A stretch of DNA of 64,000 nucleotides from Octopus vulgaris (Eukaryota): contig OX597833.1 in assembly GCA_951406725.2 (NCBI GenBank), forward strand, positions 22,568,001 through 22,632,000, read 5' to 3'. Numbering within the stretch: position 1 is the first letter of the stretch; every line of letters begins with the position of its first letter. A model generated the notes under the pieces. That model searched no databases and had not been told where the DNA came from. It saw nothing but the letters and a program-made list of their open reading frames with translations. Below are positions 24,864-38,009 of this stretch, piece by piece. The translations under genes were made by a program, and so were the position numbers.

Positions 24864-25959
24864 AGTGTGTGCATGAACGTGAGTATGTGTGTGCGATTGT
24901 GTGTGTGTGTGTGTATGTGAGTCTACGTGCGTGCTTGAAAGAGGGAAGTGCTTGTGACCTTTACAAGCTTTCTCATATATTTATAATTTACGAATAATTT
25001 TTAGATTGAAGTTTGAAGGTTGATGCTTGTGGAGTACAAACATGTACAGGAAGTGTTTTTCAGGGGCAGGCATGACAGAATAGTTAATAAGTTCGTTTTC
25101 CAATCACATCATTCATGGTTCAATTTCTTTCCGTGACACTTGGGCTTGTGTGGTTTATTGTAGCCCTTTGTTTATCAATACCTTCTCTGAATGATTTAGC
25201 AGACTTCAACTACATGAAAGCCAGTTACATATAAGAAATATTTGTTTCTTTCACAGTGTGTTTCTATCCAGTCATTATAAATTTCTTGTAGTGAAGATAG
25301 GAAGACGCTGTAATAAGCTATCAGGTAAATTCATTATGTAAAAAATAGGCATTGTTCAAGACTAAAAATGTGAAGACTTGGCAATAACTTAGGCAATAAT
25401 TCAAGCAAATTTTACTCTGAATTTGTTGCTATAGGTAGATTTTACTGTAATATATAACTAATTTTTGTATTATTCTCTTTATTGTACGAACTAGTTATTA
25501 CTACTATTATTTTTTAATTGAAGTAACAAGTAATAACAAATAGAAGCAATAACTTGTAATGGAATTTTTAGTTTTAATAAAAGATTTTATTTGAAATTTT
25601 ATCCTTAGCGGCAATATTTTAAGTAAAAATTTTCTTGTTCTGTACTTGACCAGATATAATAAGTTGTATTCATCCCCATTTTGGATGAAAACACAAAAAG
25701 ATCTCGGAAAAAGTTCCGGAAGTTCACAAAAAGCCTCGTAAAGAAAATAAAATATCAAGGGACGCAACTGTTAGGTGACATCTTTTGAGCGATTATCTCC
25801 CTTGATGTTGCCATTTGGAGAAAAAACCGTGTTGGTTGATGAACTTGTATTATATAGTATCATACGGTATGTTTCTTCTATGTGAGGAGTTCGCGTGTTG
25901 TATATTATTCAACGTTCACGTTCAGAGAAAGAAACTATCCTAGCGAGGTTAGCGGTACG

Positions 25960-27495
25960 GGTGGTGCTTCCTCTTTGAAATGTCGGAGTGTGAAATATTG
26001 CTAGTGTATGCAGGGAAAACATGTTTCATTCCTAATATTTAGGATGTCATCTGTTGACTGTATGATATTTATTTAGCTTTTCAGTGATACAGAGGTCACA
26101 TCTCGTACACCGCTCTCTGCATTTTCAGGCTTTAGCAATGATGCTCCGTGTTATCTAAGAGTTGCTTATTTCTCCTTCTTTCAATGTCCATATCATATTG
26201 GATAGGGATGTTTCATGTCTTTTATTTTTGTCCCTGAATGACGTCACGTGTTGGGTGTATCTTTGCTTGAACAGGTTGCTCGTTATTCTGATATATGTCT
26301 TTGTTACTCTGTTGGGCGCCATGATTTTGGCCTTGTATATAAGTTCTTTTTACAGATAGTTATTATTTAGAGGACAGCAGATCTACAGTTATAGAGTCTT
26401 TCGTGGGTATTTCTGGTGTGCTTATTTTTATTGAGGTTGATTATTATTGACCCTATATTGGGAGGCAACTATAGCTATCTTTAACAGTGTTGCTGTTGAA
26501 GATCTTATGGTATTTGTGTGAATATGGGAAATGATTTTCTATTAATTTTAAGATTTTCCTAATTATGCTAGTGGCTACATTCATGCTATAAAGTGGGTTA
26601 AACCGCAAGTTTTCCTCTGTCTATGTCTTCTAGATCTATCAGCATTTGGTTCAATGTAGTTTATACTATTCTTTAAGTTGGACCTTTCTATACAGCATTA
26701 TGATATGGGGCGGCTTTTTCAAAAGTGTCTTTATCGGCGGATAGATTCGAGCCGCGTCTGCTGATGTTATTAACTAATTGTTTAATGACTGCTGGTGGGC
26801 GATTGGAGCCTATATCTACGTACGAGGCTTCCTCATTTGGTTTGTGGTAGGCTTTAGATTGGCCTGTACTAAGGTTCATCTTAATATCTAGGAAGTCGAC
26901 TTTTTAAAGGTTGGTCCTAATTGTGGTTCTTAGACCTAATTGGTTAAATATTTTGCATAATTTTTTCTTATCCTATGTATATCGTGTCCGTTTTTATTGT
27001 GTATTACTCCCAGGCCATCGTCCCTATATAAAGCATGTTGGCCTCTTTTATTTCTTTTCTGAGGATATCTAGGATATAAAGGCTTATAAGGCCAGCTATC
27101 TCTGCTCTATCATAGCTCCCTATTGCCACCTATTGCCACACCAAATAGCTCATCCCCATTCTTTTATACCCAATAGGAATTATCGTGAAAAAGTAATGAC
27201 TACCCTGCGTTCATTATATCTATATCACTGTTTATTATGGTAAAGTAATGACTTTTTTGCGTTCATTATATCTATATCGGTGTTTGTTATGATAACATTT
27301 GCCTTACTAAATTCAAGTGCCTTTTGAAGTAAGCTTTTGGAGATCGAGGGGTAAAACCCCACAATATCAAATTGGATAAATTTGCATTTGGGCTTATCTT
27401 CTAATTTTTAAACCATTCAATAGTTGCACTACATATCCAATGAGTAATGTTTGAGTATGCTCTAATATATCATATGATCTTATCTAATGTCTTTT
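25960..27495 (-). pseudogene. Naiad-type Penelope-like element: decayed RT plus C-terminal GIY-YIG endonuclease
   Basis: RT motifs KFIQFDIVGFYPSISKSLLQKALEF, GSYDRAEI, LYRDDGLG and SNRPPAVIKQL. Endonuclease motifs CPLNN..ELIYKAKI..TYI.IT...FKQRY..H..SFR..TSLS..IW.LK..CDLCITEK..LNIRNE..CIH. Confidence 0.88.
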
Positions 27496-28164
27496 TTGTG
27501 TTTCCATCCAAAATGGAGATGAACACCATTCCTCCATGTGATCGGTTTGAATAATTAAGATATTAAGATATTTTTCTTAACATTAAATCAATAGTAAGCT
27601 TAATACATAAATGAAGAAATTTTATCCTTCAATGCAGTGTTGAACGCTCATTTTCGTCGTTTGACATTTACGTATATATACGATGGGCCTTGGTCGGCCC
27701 GAGTCTATAGTAGAATACATTTTCCCAAGGTGCTATGCAGTGGTACTGAACCCGGAACTATATGGTTTGGAAGCAAGCTTCTTATGTTCAAGCTGGAACT
27801 CCGCAACTTTTATATTTCATGAATATTCCAATACTTTCTGACGAGACGTATATAAGCAGCTTATCAGTAAAATGAAGAACGCAATTCAGAAAGTGATACG
27901 GAAAGTGCACTCTTATAAAAATAAGAGTGCAAAGTCATTAACAAATCTTGTAGCATTAAAACTCGTATTTATTTTTCGCTACAGATAAAAGAACTGCTGT
28001 ATTTTGGTGTCGAATTTCTAAAGTAGCAAACGAACGCCGTAAAAAAATGCAGTATGAAACCGAGCCACAAATGCAATATCTAACGAGATTTGTATTCTCC
28101 AACAAAGCTTAATATCTGTACGAACAAGGAAACAATGTTTACATTGCATACATAAATAATAATA

Positions 28165-28382
28165 TTGATTTCAAATCTTGGCACAAGACCAGCAACTTCG
28201 GAAGAAGGTATCAGTCGATTACATCGACCCCAGTGCTCAACTGGTACTTATTTTACCGACCCCCTCAAGGATAAAAGGCAAAGTGGACCTCGACGGAATT
28301 TGAACTCAGAACGCGAAGACAGACTAAATGCCGCTAATCATTTTGTCATGTGTGCTAATGAATCTGCCAGTTCGCCGCCTTT
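28165..28382 (-). mobile_element. SINE family A
   Basis: The reverse complement begins aaggcggcgaactggcaga...gagttcaaattccg. Confidence 0.85.
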
Positions 28383-28469
28383 ACTTAGACAATTATATTA
28401 TACAGAAGAATACAGAAAAGTACAAAAACTTGTGGCGAGATTAATGTGAAACCAACTCCATAGCATCCA

Positions 28470-28810
28470 GGTTAAAATCAAACATTGATTTACAAAGTTT
28501 AGATAAATGTGAAACCTATATAACGTTAAAGGATCATAAAGAGCCAACGTTACATCTTACTTCAAGGGAAAAGTTACGAACCTTTCTAAACTTAGGAGAG
28601 TAAACAAGTACATCATAAACAGCATTAACAACAAAATTAGAAATCCATCGCATTAATACGGTAGAGTAGCAGAACGATGAATTTAGTTAACTGGTTCTGT
28701 AAAATTGGAGACAAAAATATACGTAGATCTACGCTTATCGACATTGTCGATTTTTAATCATCCATCTCCAAATTTCATTTTTTAAAGCACTGGAATTTTG
28801 GAAGAAATGC
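28470..28810 (+). pseudogene. Naiad-type PLE RT N-terminal fragment
   Basis: ETYITLKDHK...NNKIRN...NWFCKIGDK...DIVDF*SSIS...KALEF, homologous to the start of the 26-27.5 kb element. Confidence 0.7.
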
Positions 28811-29191
28811 TCTCAAACTTATACACATCAACTGGAGGAAAACAAAGAAACCCGTTTCAGTTTTTCATGACTGTTGCAGCTGCGAAATTATTCCACTTCG
28901 TTGTAGAATGCTTTTGGTAGCTCGACCTGCTAGAAATGGCAACTGAGCCTCTCTTAAATCATATATTACATCTTAAAAAATATAAGAACGGTTTTGATGA
29001 TGTAGTTTAACGTACGTAATTTCATAAAAATAACATTGTAGCTGTTGATCATACTTGACATCATAGATCCATCGATTTAAGCTCATTTAGGCCTACATAG
29101 CAGCAGTAGCAGCAGCAGTAGCAGCAGCAGTAGCAGCAGCAGTAGCAGCAACAGTAGCAACAACAGCAACAACAATAACTACTATTGCAAC

Positions 29192-29485
29192 AGGTGCAGG
29201 CGTGGTTGTATGGTAAGTAGCTTGCTTCCCAACCACATGGTTGTGGGTTCAGTCCCTCTGCATGACACCGTGGTCAAGTGTCTTCTCTAACCTCGGGCCA
29301 ACCAAAGCCTTGTGAGTGGATTTGGTAGACGGACATTGAAAGAAGCTCGTCGTACACACACACACACACGTGTGTGTGTGTGTGTGTGTGTGTGTAGGGA
29401 GTCTCTCACCCTCGCATGACAACTGGCATTAGTATGTTTACGTTCCCATAACTTAGTGGGTCGGCAAAATGGACCGGTAGAATTA
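29192..29485 (+). mobile_element. SINE family B, 3'-truncated
   Basis: Head and body match. The internal repeat is a (CA)n(TG)n palindrome. Confidence 0.8.
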
Positions 29486-30283
29486 TCAAACTGGTCATTA
29501 ATACCGGAAAAAATTAATGTACAATCCGACAGAGAAAAGAATATTGATTGTTAAACATCAAGAGCTATCTAAATATTTTATCATGAACCTCAATTACAAT
29601 TGGGGCTAAGATGAGGAAAAATTTTTTGAAAAAAAAAGTACTCGTTACTTGACTATGTTTCAAACTCCCTCAGCTTCAACAATAACTATGGTAACCAACT
29701 TTTTATCCCCAAAGATGATTCGATAGTACAAAATGGTGACTCAATACTTGCAGTGTAATAGTTTTAAACTGGTAGCGGGAAAATAACAAGAAATCAGAAA
29801 TTACTCATTTTGCCCCAGTTTCTAATTATACCCCACTCCCCTATACAAATTTTAAGTATTTGACAAAATAACGAAAGATATTGAAAAATGAAAGAAAGGA
29901 AAAAGTTCTATTTAAAGAAAAACATTTGAACATATGTGCAATAATTCTAAAGCAAAATAAATAAATAAATAAATAAATAAATAAAATGCTTTTAGCTGTT
30001 GAGATGTAATTTTATAATTAGAATTAAATTCAAAATTTCAATTTTGGAACATATTCCTCCCTTGTTCTTTCAGAAAATATGACCAAAATTCTCAATACTT
30101 CACTGAAAATAACAGTTTAGAATAGCAATATAATGTGGTTGTGTGTGTGTGTTTGTGTGTGTTTGTGTATGCGCGCACCTTCAGTTGCAAGGTCATTATT
30201 CAGTCATGCGTTGAAAGAAGGAATTTGGACTAGAGACAATAAATAACTTCTTTTTATTAATGTCTTTATTTTCATATACATTC

Positions 30284-30372
<89 letters not shown>

Positions 30373-30760
30373 TTCGTATGTGTTTTGTAGTTTTTGGGAC
30401 TGGGTAGCAAACTACCTTTAATTGAATGAATTGATGTCGCTAACGTGCAGAAATCTATGGTTATTAATAAAAAAGCGGACCCATATTTTTAAAGTTATGT
30501 TTATATATTGAAAGAGAGCCTCTTCATGCAAGACTGCTGGAAGGGACTCGGGGCAATTTTACCCTTCGCCACCCTCTATAAATAGGCCCTGGTCTCTGCG
30601 CACCAGAGTAGAAGCATTCAAGTTTAGTAAACGCTCAGTGATTTGGAAGAATAGTTACTAGAGATTAATATACACTGTTGGGCTGTTTTATTTTCATATC
30701 ACACCTGGTTTATATAAGTAATATGCTTGTTTCTTATTTAACGTGCTTCGAATGTGAGTT

Positions 30761-30809
<49 letters not shown>

Positions 30810-31119
30810 GAAGGTCGACGACCTATACGGTTGTTTAAGCGGTTACAGACGTCAGTAAAAATGCTTCAAACTGTATCCTACCGTCTTAAAAAATATGAAA
30901 GGCGAATTGGCTTTTGTAGTCACTGAAACACAAGACAGAATGGTTGTGGCTGGAGCGCCATTGATCTGAAGTTTGATCTTAAAGTTATTCCAGCCGTGAA
31001 GATACGATCGTTTTATGGTTATTTAAGGTCTGATTACGTAAAGGGTCCTTCGGCTGACTTTGGCGTTAAACATTAACATCATCAAGAGCAGTGGAAGCAA
31101 CGACATCGACAGTAATGAA

Positions 31120-31159
31120 ACAACAACAACAAACACAACAGCAATTACTACTACTACTA

Positions 31160-31220
<61 letters not shown>

Positions 31221-31254
31221 CACCACCACCACCACCACCACCACCACCACCACC

Positions 31255-31308
<54 letters not shown>

Positions 31309-31309
31309 G

Positions 31310-31356
<47 letters not shown>

Positions 31357-31388
31357 TTGTTGTTATTGTTGTTATTGTTGCTGCTGCT
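31120..31388. repeat. Compound trinucleotide array (ACA, ACT, ACC, ACT, GCT, GTT)
   Basis: Directly visible. Confidence 0.95.
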
Positions 31389-31399
31389 TCCATTAATTT

Positions 31400-32170
31400 T
31401 TTTAAAAGCAGGTTTGGAGAAAGGGACGGCGCTCATGCCTTTTTGCAGACTGTCTGTGCCCGGTAAGATAGACATGGTCGACGTTCCCATTAAGCTGTTG
31501 CATAGAGATGAGGAAAGACATGAGCAGGGAGGGATTTTCAAAGTGCCATCATTCTGGGCACAAAGGCACGGGGTTGGTATCTCAAGGGTAATGGGTGCAG
31601 GTGGCACAATACCAGCAACTTCCGAGGAGCAAAGGTTGTTGTAGTAGTGACAGAAATGCAGGTTGAAAACATCACTTGTGTGGGCCAGAGGCCGGTGTGC
31701 CTCAGTGACTGACTTTATGCCAATCAGAAGGGTGATTTTTCTGTAGTTAAGGTCTAGAATATTTATGCGTGCAGCAGCAGCACTATCCCATATGTGGAAG
31801 CGAAACCCCACCTTTGTGGACCTCATATGAGCTTTATAGAGGGTCAGCAATTATTGAGGCTGAAATGCTTTCTGGCTCTGAAGGGAAGGGCCAGTCTTTG
31901 AAGATGAAGTTTTAGGTATGCTAAATATGTGCTCTTGCTATGGAAATGCCCTCAGTGATGGTGAATCCTAATATTTGGAGCATTTACAAGAATTCTTGTA
32001 GCGTGTGGCTCATGTTTAAGCGTTGGTGCAATGGGGTGAGGTGCGATGATATTTTCTTGAGATGAACAGTGTTTTTTTAAAATTCTTTTTGCTGTCGAAG
32101 GAATCAAAATCCGCAGGAATACTTTTGTGGTCTTTGCTTTTGGAGCAAGTGGAGATTTTTGCAAGTTGTA
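31400..32170 (-). pseudogene. Degenerate CR1-group LINE 3' part
   Basis: LLTLYKAHMR...HIWDSA...ILD...RPLAH...YYNNLCSSEVAGIVPP resembles the LYKA-x-(V/I)RP..LEY..HIW...HRR..YY-x-G-x-CS-x-E tail of CR1-like ORF2. Confidence 0.65.
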
Positions 32171-32289
32171 TTGGCCAGTGGTTACCAGCAGCCATCCAAA
32201 ATATTAAATAACATTTTTACACTCTAACTCTTTATTAATAAGAAGACAAAGTGGAGACTGTATCCATACAATTATTTCTTCGCTCTGCG

Positions 32290-32472
32290 GTTGGTTCCCA
32301 ACCAGATGGTTGAAGGTTCAGTTCTATTGCGCGGCACCTTGTGCAAATGTCTTCTACTATAACCTCTGACCGACCAAAGTCTTGTGAGTGGACTTGGTAG
32401 ATGGGAACTAAAAGAAGCACGTTGTAATATATGTGTGTGTGTGTGTGTGTGTGTATGTGTGTGTGTGTGTGT

Positions 32473-32511
<39 letters not shown>

Positions 32512-32660
32512 TGTCTTTGTGTCTGTGTTTGTCCCCCACCACCGCTTGGCAACTTAGCGGTTCGGCAAAAGAGACCAACAGAGTAATTATCAGGCTTGAA
32601 AAGTACTGGACTTGATTTGTTTGTTTAAATTTCTTCAATGACTGAAACAAGTAAAAGATA
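32290..32660 (+). mobile_element. SINE family B, diverged
   Basis: Body, internal (TG)n and tail end atgactgaaacaagtaaaaga. Confidence 0.8.
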
Positions 32661-32725
32661 AAGTATAAATTATGTCAACGCATCCTCCGGCTTTTACATC
32701 CTTACACGACTCTCCTCTCTGTTAG

Positions 32726-32810
32726 AAGCAACGATCTAGTCTGCACGTGAATAATGCTTCGCTGCGGAAAGCTAAGGAAAATTGCATGGTGGCATCATTT
32801 ACCGGAGGAG
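32726..32810 (+). other. Candidate 85-nt exon
   Basis: Pyrimidine tract ctctcctctctgttAG, donor GAG|GTAAGT and open frame KQRSSLHVNNASLRKAKENCMVASFTGG. No homology recognised. Confidence 0.2.
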
Positions 32811-33059
32811 GTAAGTCGTTGGTGTATAAAAGGGAGAGAGTGGGGTGTGATGGGATCAAACGTTGGGGTGCAGCAGAGCTGGTAGAATTTTAGTCTATCA
32901 TATCGACCATAAAATTTATTTCATTTGCCTCTGTTAAATCGTTAGGATACAAGACATGAATTTAGAGAACCAATTTTTTCCCAGTGGTTTCTCCTTAAAG
33001 ACAGGCTTCGCAACACCCGTAAACATACAGGAATTAAATGACACATATACAAATATTTT

Positions 33060-33336
33060 TTATCTTTTACTTGTTTCAGTCATTTGACTGCGGCCATGCT
33101 GGGGCACCACCTTGAAGAATTTTTAGTCGAATGTATCGACTTCAATACTTATTCACTTTTTATAAGCCTGATGCTTATTCTATCGGTCATAGCCGAACCG
33201 TTAAGTTACGGGGACGTAAACATACCAGCACCGGTTGTCAAGCGGTGGTGAGGGGACAAACACAGATACAAAGACACAAACACACACACACACAAATACA
33301 TAATACATACATACATACCTACATATATATAATATA

Positions 33337-33382
<46 letters not shown>

Positions 33383-33500
33383 ACGGGCTTCTTTCAGTTA
33401 CCGTCTACCAAATCCACTCACAAGGCTTTGGTCGGCCCGATGCGATAGTAGAAGTCACTTGCCCAAGGTGCCAAGCAACAGGACTGAACCCGGGACCATA
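33060..33500 (-). mobile_element. SINE family B
   Basis: Reverse-complement tail, internal microsatellite and body. A second diverged head fragment follows at 33520-33680. Confidence 0.88.
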
Positions 33501-33879
33501 TGACAGGATTCCGCACAATTTACCTCTACCGATTACAAGCACAAAACATTAGTCAATCCGAGCCTTTAGTAGAGTACGCTTGTTTCAAATGCCACGCAGT
33601 GGGACCGAACCCAGATGCACATGGCTGTGGACCGAACATCTTAGGCACATGGCTGTGGACCGAACATCTTAAGCACATGGCCATCTTGTCGCGTAAAAGT
33701 AAATGAAAGAATAGATAAAATTTATTCACAATATCTTGACAATGCTCGCTATGGTGAGAATGTGGCAAATGCACACGGTTTCGCAATTAGCAATTAAGTA
33801 AGACAAGTTAGTATGGCAAATAAATGACATGTAAGGTCTTTGCTGGAAAATAATTGAGAGGAGAGACGAGTGGCAGAGG

Positions 33880-33952
<73 letters not shown>

Positions 33953-34104
33953 GAGACAGATAAGAGTTTAGAGGCTATGAGAGAGAAGGGAGAAAGTGGT
34001 AGCGCTTGAAATAGAGACGAAAGAAGGAATTTATTTTGAAAGAGTATATATATATATATTTGCATGTGTGTGTGTATGTATATACATTATATATATGTAT
34101 ATGC

Positions 34105-34194
<90 letters not shown>

Positions 34195-34286
34195 GCATGT
34201 GTGTGTGTGTATACAGAGAGAGAGAGAGAGAGAAAGAGGGGGACAGCTTGACACTATGAACATAATGAGGGTATGAAATGGTGCGA

Positions 34287-34319
<33 letters not shown>

Positions 34320-34582
34320 GTATTGAAACAGTGGGAAGCCGAATATGTCAAAGCTTTCAGTTTAACTCGTTAACTAATCATTTCATTTTGATTAAATTTA
34401 AACCACACACAAACACAGGCAAATACTATATCCGCACATTATACTTACACAGTCGTACACGCAAACACACACACACACACAACAACACGCACCACATATT
34501 CACACACACACACACACACACAAATGCAAGCAAACACATTCACGCATACACACGCAAACTGAAAACAGATTAGGCAATATTG

Positions 34583-34796
34583 TTTTCTACTCTAGGCACA
34601 AGGCCTGAAATTTTGGGGGAGGGATTAGTCGATTAGATCGACCCCACTACGCAACTGGTACTTAATATATCGACCCCGAAAGGGATCAAAGGCAAAGTCG
34701 ACCTCGGCGGAATTTGAACTCAGAATGTAAAGACAGACGAAATACTGCTAAGCATTTCACCCGGCGTGCTAACGTTTCTGCCAGCTCGCCGCCTTA
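34583..34796 (-). mobile_element. SINE family A with target-site duplication
   Basis: Full monomer with ggcaatattg on both sides (about 34573 and 34804). Confidence 0.9.
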
Positions 34797-34849
34797 CAAA
34801 TTCGGCAATATTGACCACTTCTATTCGTCCCTCCCTCTTCCCGATCTAA

Positions 34850-35090
34850 TGGTTGACAATTTCGGTAAAACTAAACGGCAATAATGTCTTGTATGGAACC
34901 AGGCACATATGGGAATGCAATTATCTGGCACCTTTGTTTTGAAGAGCATGACAATGCAAAACTATGTGTGCAAACAATGGCAGTCAATCCAAACAGGGTT
35001 CCAAACTCGCCTTGCTTCGCCAAGAGTGCAATTTCTGTTATGTTACACGGACCTACTACTTTGATATCGCCCTTTCCCGAGGTTAACAAT
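34850..35090 (-). pseudogene. Possible degenerate hAT transposase fragment
   Basis: LTSG...VVG..N...L...GLTAIVCTHSFALSCS loosely matches the hAT region TSDGA-xx-M-x-G...HC-x-AH-x-L-x-L. Confidence 0.3.
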
Positions 35091-35189
35091 AATAAAATGA
35101 CGTGCTATAGATAAAAGCGCAGGACGCAAAGAAGCACAAAGCAACTATAAGGATTTGAATGACTGTTTTATTCTGGGTAAGAATATTAT

Positions 35190-35567
35190 TATGCGTGGCT
35201 GTGGTGTAAGAAGCTTGCTTCCCAACCACATGGTTCCGGGTTCAGTCCTACAGCGTTGCACCTTGGGCATGTGCCTTCTACTATAGCTTCGGGCCGACCA
35301 AAGCTTTTTGAGTGGATTTGGTAGACGGAAACTGAAAGAAGCCCGTCGTATGTGTGTGTGTATTTGTATGTGTGTTTGTCACTCACCACTGCTTGAGACC
35401 AGTGTTGGTGTGTTTACGTCCCCGTAACTTACCGATCCAGCAAAAGAGGCTGATAGAATAAGTACTAGGCTTAAAAAATGTCCTGGGGTCGATTTGTTCG
35501 ACTAAAACCTTTCAAGGTGGTGCCCCAGCATGGCTGCAGTCAGTCTAATGACTGAAACAAGTAAAAG

Positions 35568-35572
<5 letters not shown>
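35190..35572 (+). mobile_element. SINE family B, near full length
   Basis: Head, body and tail match the other copies. Confidence 0.9.
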
Positions 35573-35624
<52 letters not shown>

Positions 35625-36283
35625 CACACACACATACACTCCTGCATGTATATAAGAGTACAGCGCCGACTTTTTCGGACACTGATGACCCGGAACCTCT
35701 TGTAGTCTACACTAATTTACAGGTACTTAATCTAACGTAAAGGCATCTGCATTTAATTTAATTATTTGATTAAATTTAATATTTGTTTAATTTAGAATGT
35801 ATTGACCTAAAGTGACCATTCTTGGCTCGGAAAAATCAGTTATCTAGAGAGTCTATGGAACCAAAGTTTCCGGAAAATCGATGTGGTTCCTGTATAAGAT
35901 TAAACTGTACCAAGTATATTATCCATCATTAATAAAATAATAACTGGCCATGTGCCAAAATTTAAAATCAATATTAATAAAACAATACATTCAAACGAAA
36001 AGTATAAACTTACCTTGAACAATGCTGGTAGTTAATTAATTTTCAGATCTTCTTGTAAATCAGTGTCGTGCAGCTAAATTTAACGCCAAACAAAAAATTG
36101 TACAATGAAAATGTTAAATATTACATTTTCTTAGCTGTACATAATTTCTAATTGAAGTGTTAGCGGTAACTAACCAATCAATATACGGAATGTTTTGTGT
36201 TTGTGCGTATGTTTGTGTATGTATGTTCGTGTGAGTGAGGGTGTCTGTGAGTATATGTGTGTATGTGAGAAAGAGAGAAAGGG

Positions 36284-36367
<84 letters not shown>

Positions 36368-37164
36368 AACTGTACGGGAGAATATAATCTCAAGGCAAAA
36401 ATGTTATGCTGATGCTACACATGGGAATTTCCTTAATAGCAGAATAATTGTTCCATGGAATGGCCCCAAGTTGAAAAACGTCCTCTGGCAAATAAAGTCA
36501 AATGGGTCGTCTTGATCATTTTTCATACAAAGTATTTTTCTCATAAATATTGTATTAGCACGAATTGGCTGTCAATCTTATTTCATTTTTCAGGTCCTTT
36601 TCTTACCCAACTTTCACTTAAATGACGAAAAGTATTGCTCATCCTTGTACATCACGATATCTTTTTGTTTCTTTACCGTTGATGATAATAAACTATCAGC
36701 ACTTACAATTATCACTATATACCAGAGAATTCAACAAGATCTGGTGAACTACAATTAATTTTCATTTATTTATCAATGTGCTTATTTATCTATTTATTTA
36801 GTTGCTTTTTTTTTCACTTTAATCTAGTTCGTGCCTTTCTTTCATAAACAATAATGTAAGGCAGCTAAGTGATTAGTCTCATCACATGACCTGGTTGTTG
36901 TTCACTTCTGTTTGGGCGGGTGTGTTAATGATTCGTAGGTTATCATATTACTTGAATTTTCACTGCCTACTGACTACGTAACCCCCATTAACACAGGTCA
37001 AATCGAGGTCTTGCGCAACGCGTAATCATCAAAATACAATTCACCGTTAACCCCTCTCCCTTTGATCCCTACACCCACCTCGGCTTTTATTTCTTTCGTA
37101 TCTGCCTACCATCTTTATCTCCTTCTTTCTTTCTTCTACCTCACTCTCTCTGCACACACACACA

Positions 37165-37209
<45 letters not shown>

Positions 37210-37389
37210 GGCTAACATATTATAAAGGCAGCGTTTTGGCAGTGACATAGGCATTAGATATTTTGTATATATTTGCATGAGACTAAGAAGCAAAAAGGCG
37301 AAATACATCACGTCGAGTGGGTAAATGACAAAAGGGTCAATAATCACTGGCGTAGTTTGTGATCATTAACTGGAAGCACGTATAGTTCT

Positions 37390-37806
37390 TATTTCTTTAT
37401 TGCCCACAAGGGGCTAAACACAGAGAGGACAAACAAGGACAGACAAACGGATTAAGTCGATTATATCGACCCCAGTGCGTAACTGGTACTTATTTAATCG
37501 ACCCCGAAAGGATGAAAAGCAAAGTCGACCTCGGCGGAATTAGAACTCAGAACGTAACGGCAGACGAAATACCTATTTCTTTATTACACACAAGGGGCTA
37601 AACATAGAAGGGACAAACAAGGACAAACATAGGTATTAAGTCAATTACATCGACCACAGTGCGTAACTAGTACTTAATTTATCGACCCCGAAAGGATGAA
37701 AGGCAAAGTCGACCTCGGCGGAATTTGAATTCAGAACGGAACGGCAAACGAAATACCGCTTAGCATTTCGCCGGGCGTGCTAACGTTTCTGCCAGCTCGC
37801 CGCCTT
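37390..37806 (-). mobile_element. SINE family A dimer with 15-bp target-site duplication
   Basis: Two tandem units flanked by gcacgtatagttctt (about 37376) and gcacgtatggttctt (about 37811). Confidence 0.9.
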
Positions 37807-37928
37807 ATATGCACGTATGGTTCTTGTTGTTTAGCCCCAGGTCAGTGAATGAGCAGCCAGATGAGGAAGTTTCCAGTAGCAGTCATCCATCTTACCATAT
37901 CCCAGAGACTAAATTCTTCCTTTTGAAG

Positions 37929-38009
<81 letters not shown>

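Noticed and set aside
25960-27495. In-frame TGA codons as selenocysteine (reported for some Naiad PLEs)
   Set aside because: The copy also has TAA/TAG stops and frameshifts, and the TGAs I read are not at conserved Cys positions, so decay explains them.
35678-35892. CTGATGA-cccggaa...ttccg-GAAA-atcgat as a hammerhead with a stem II insert of about 170 nt
   Set aside because: There is no UH cleavage site after stem III and stem I is poor. It could be a decayed motif but cannot be supported.
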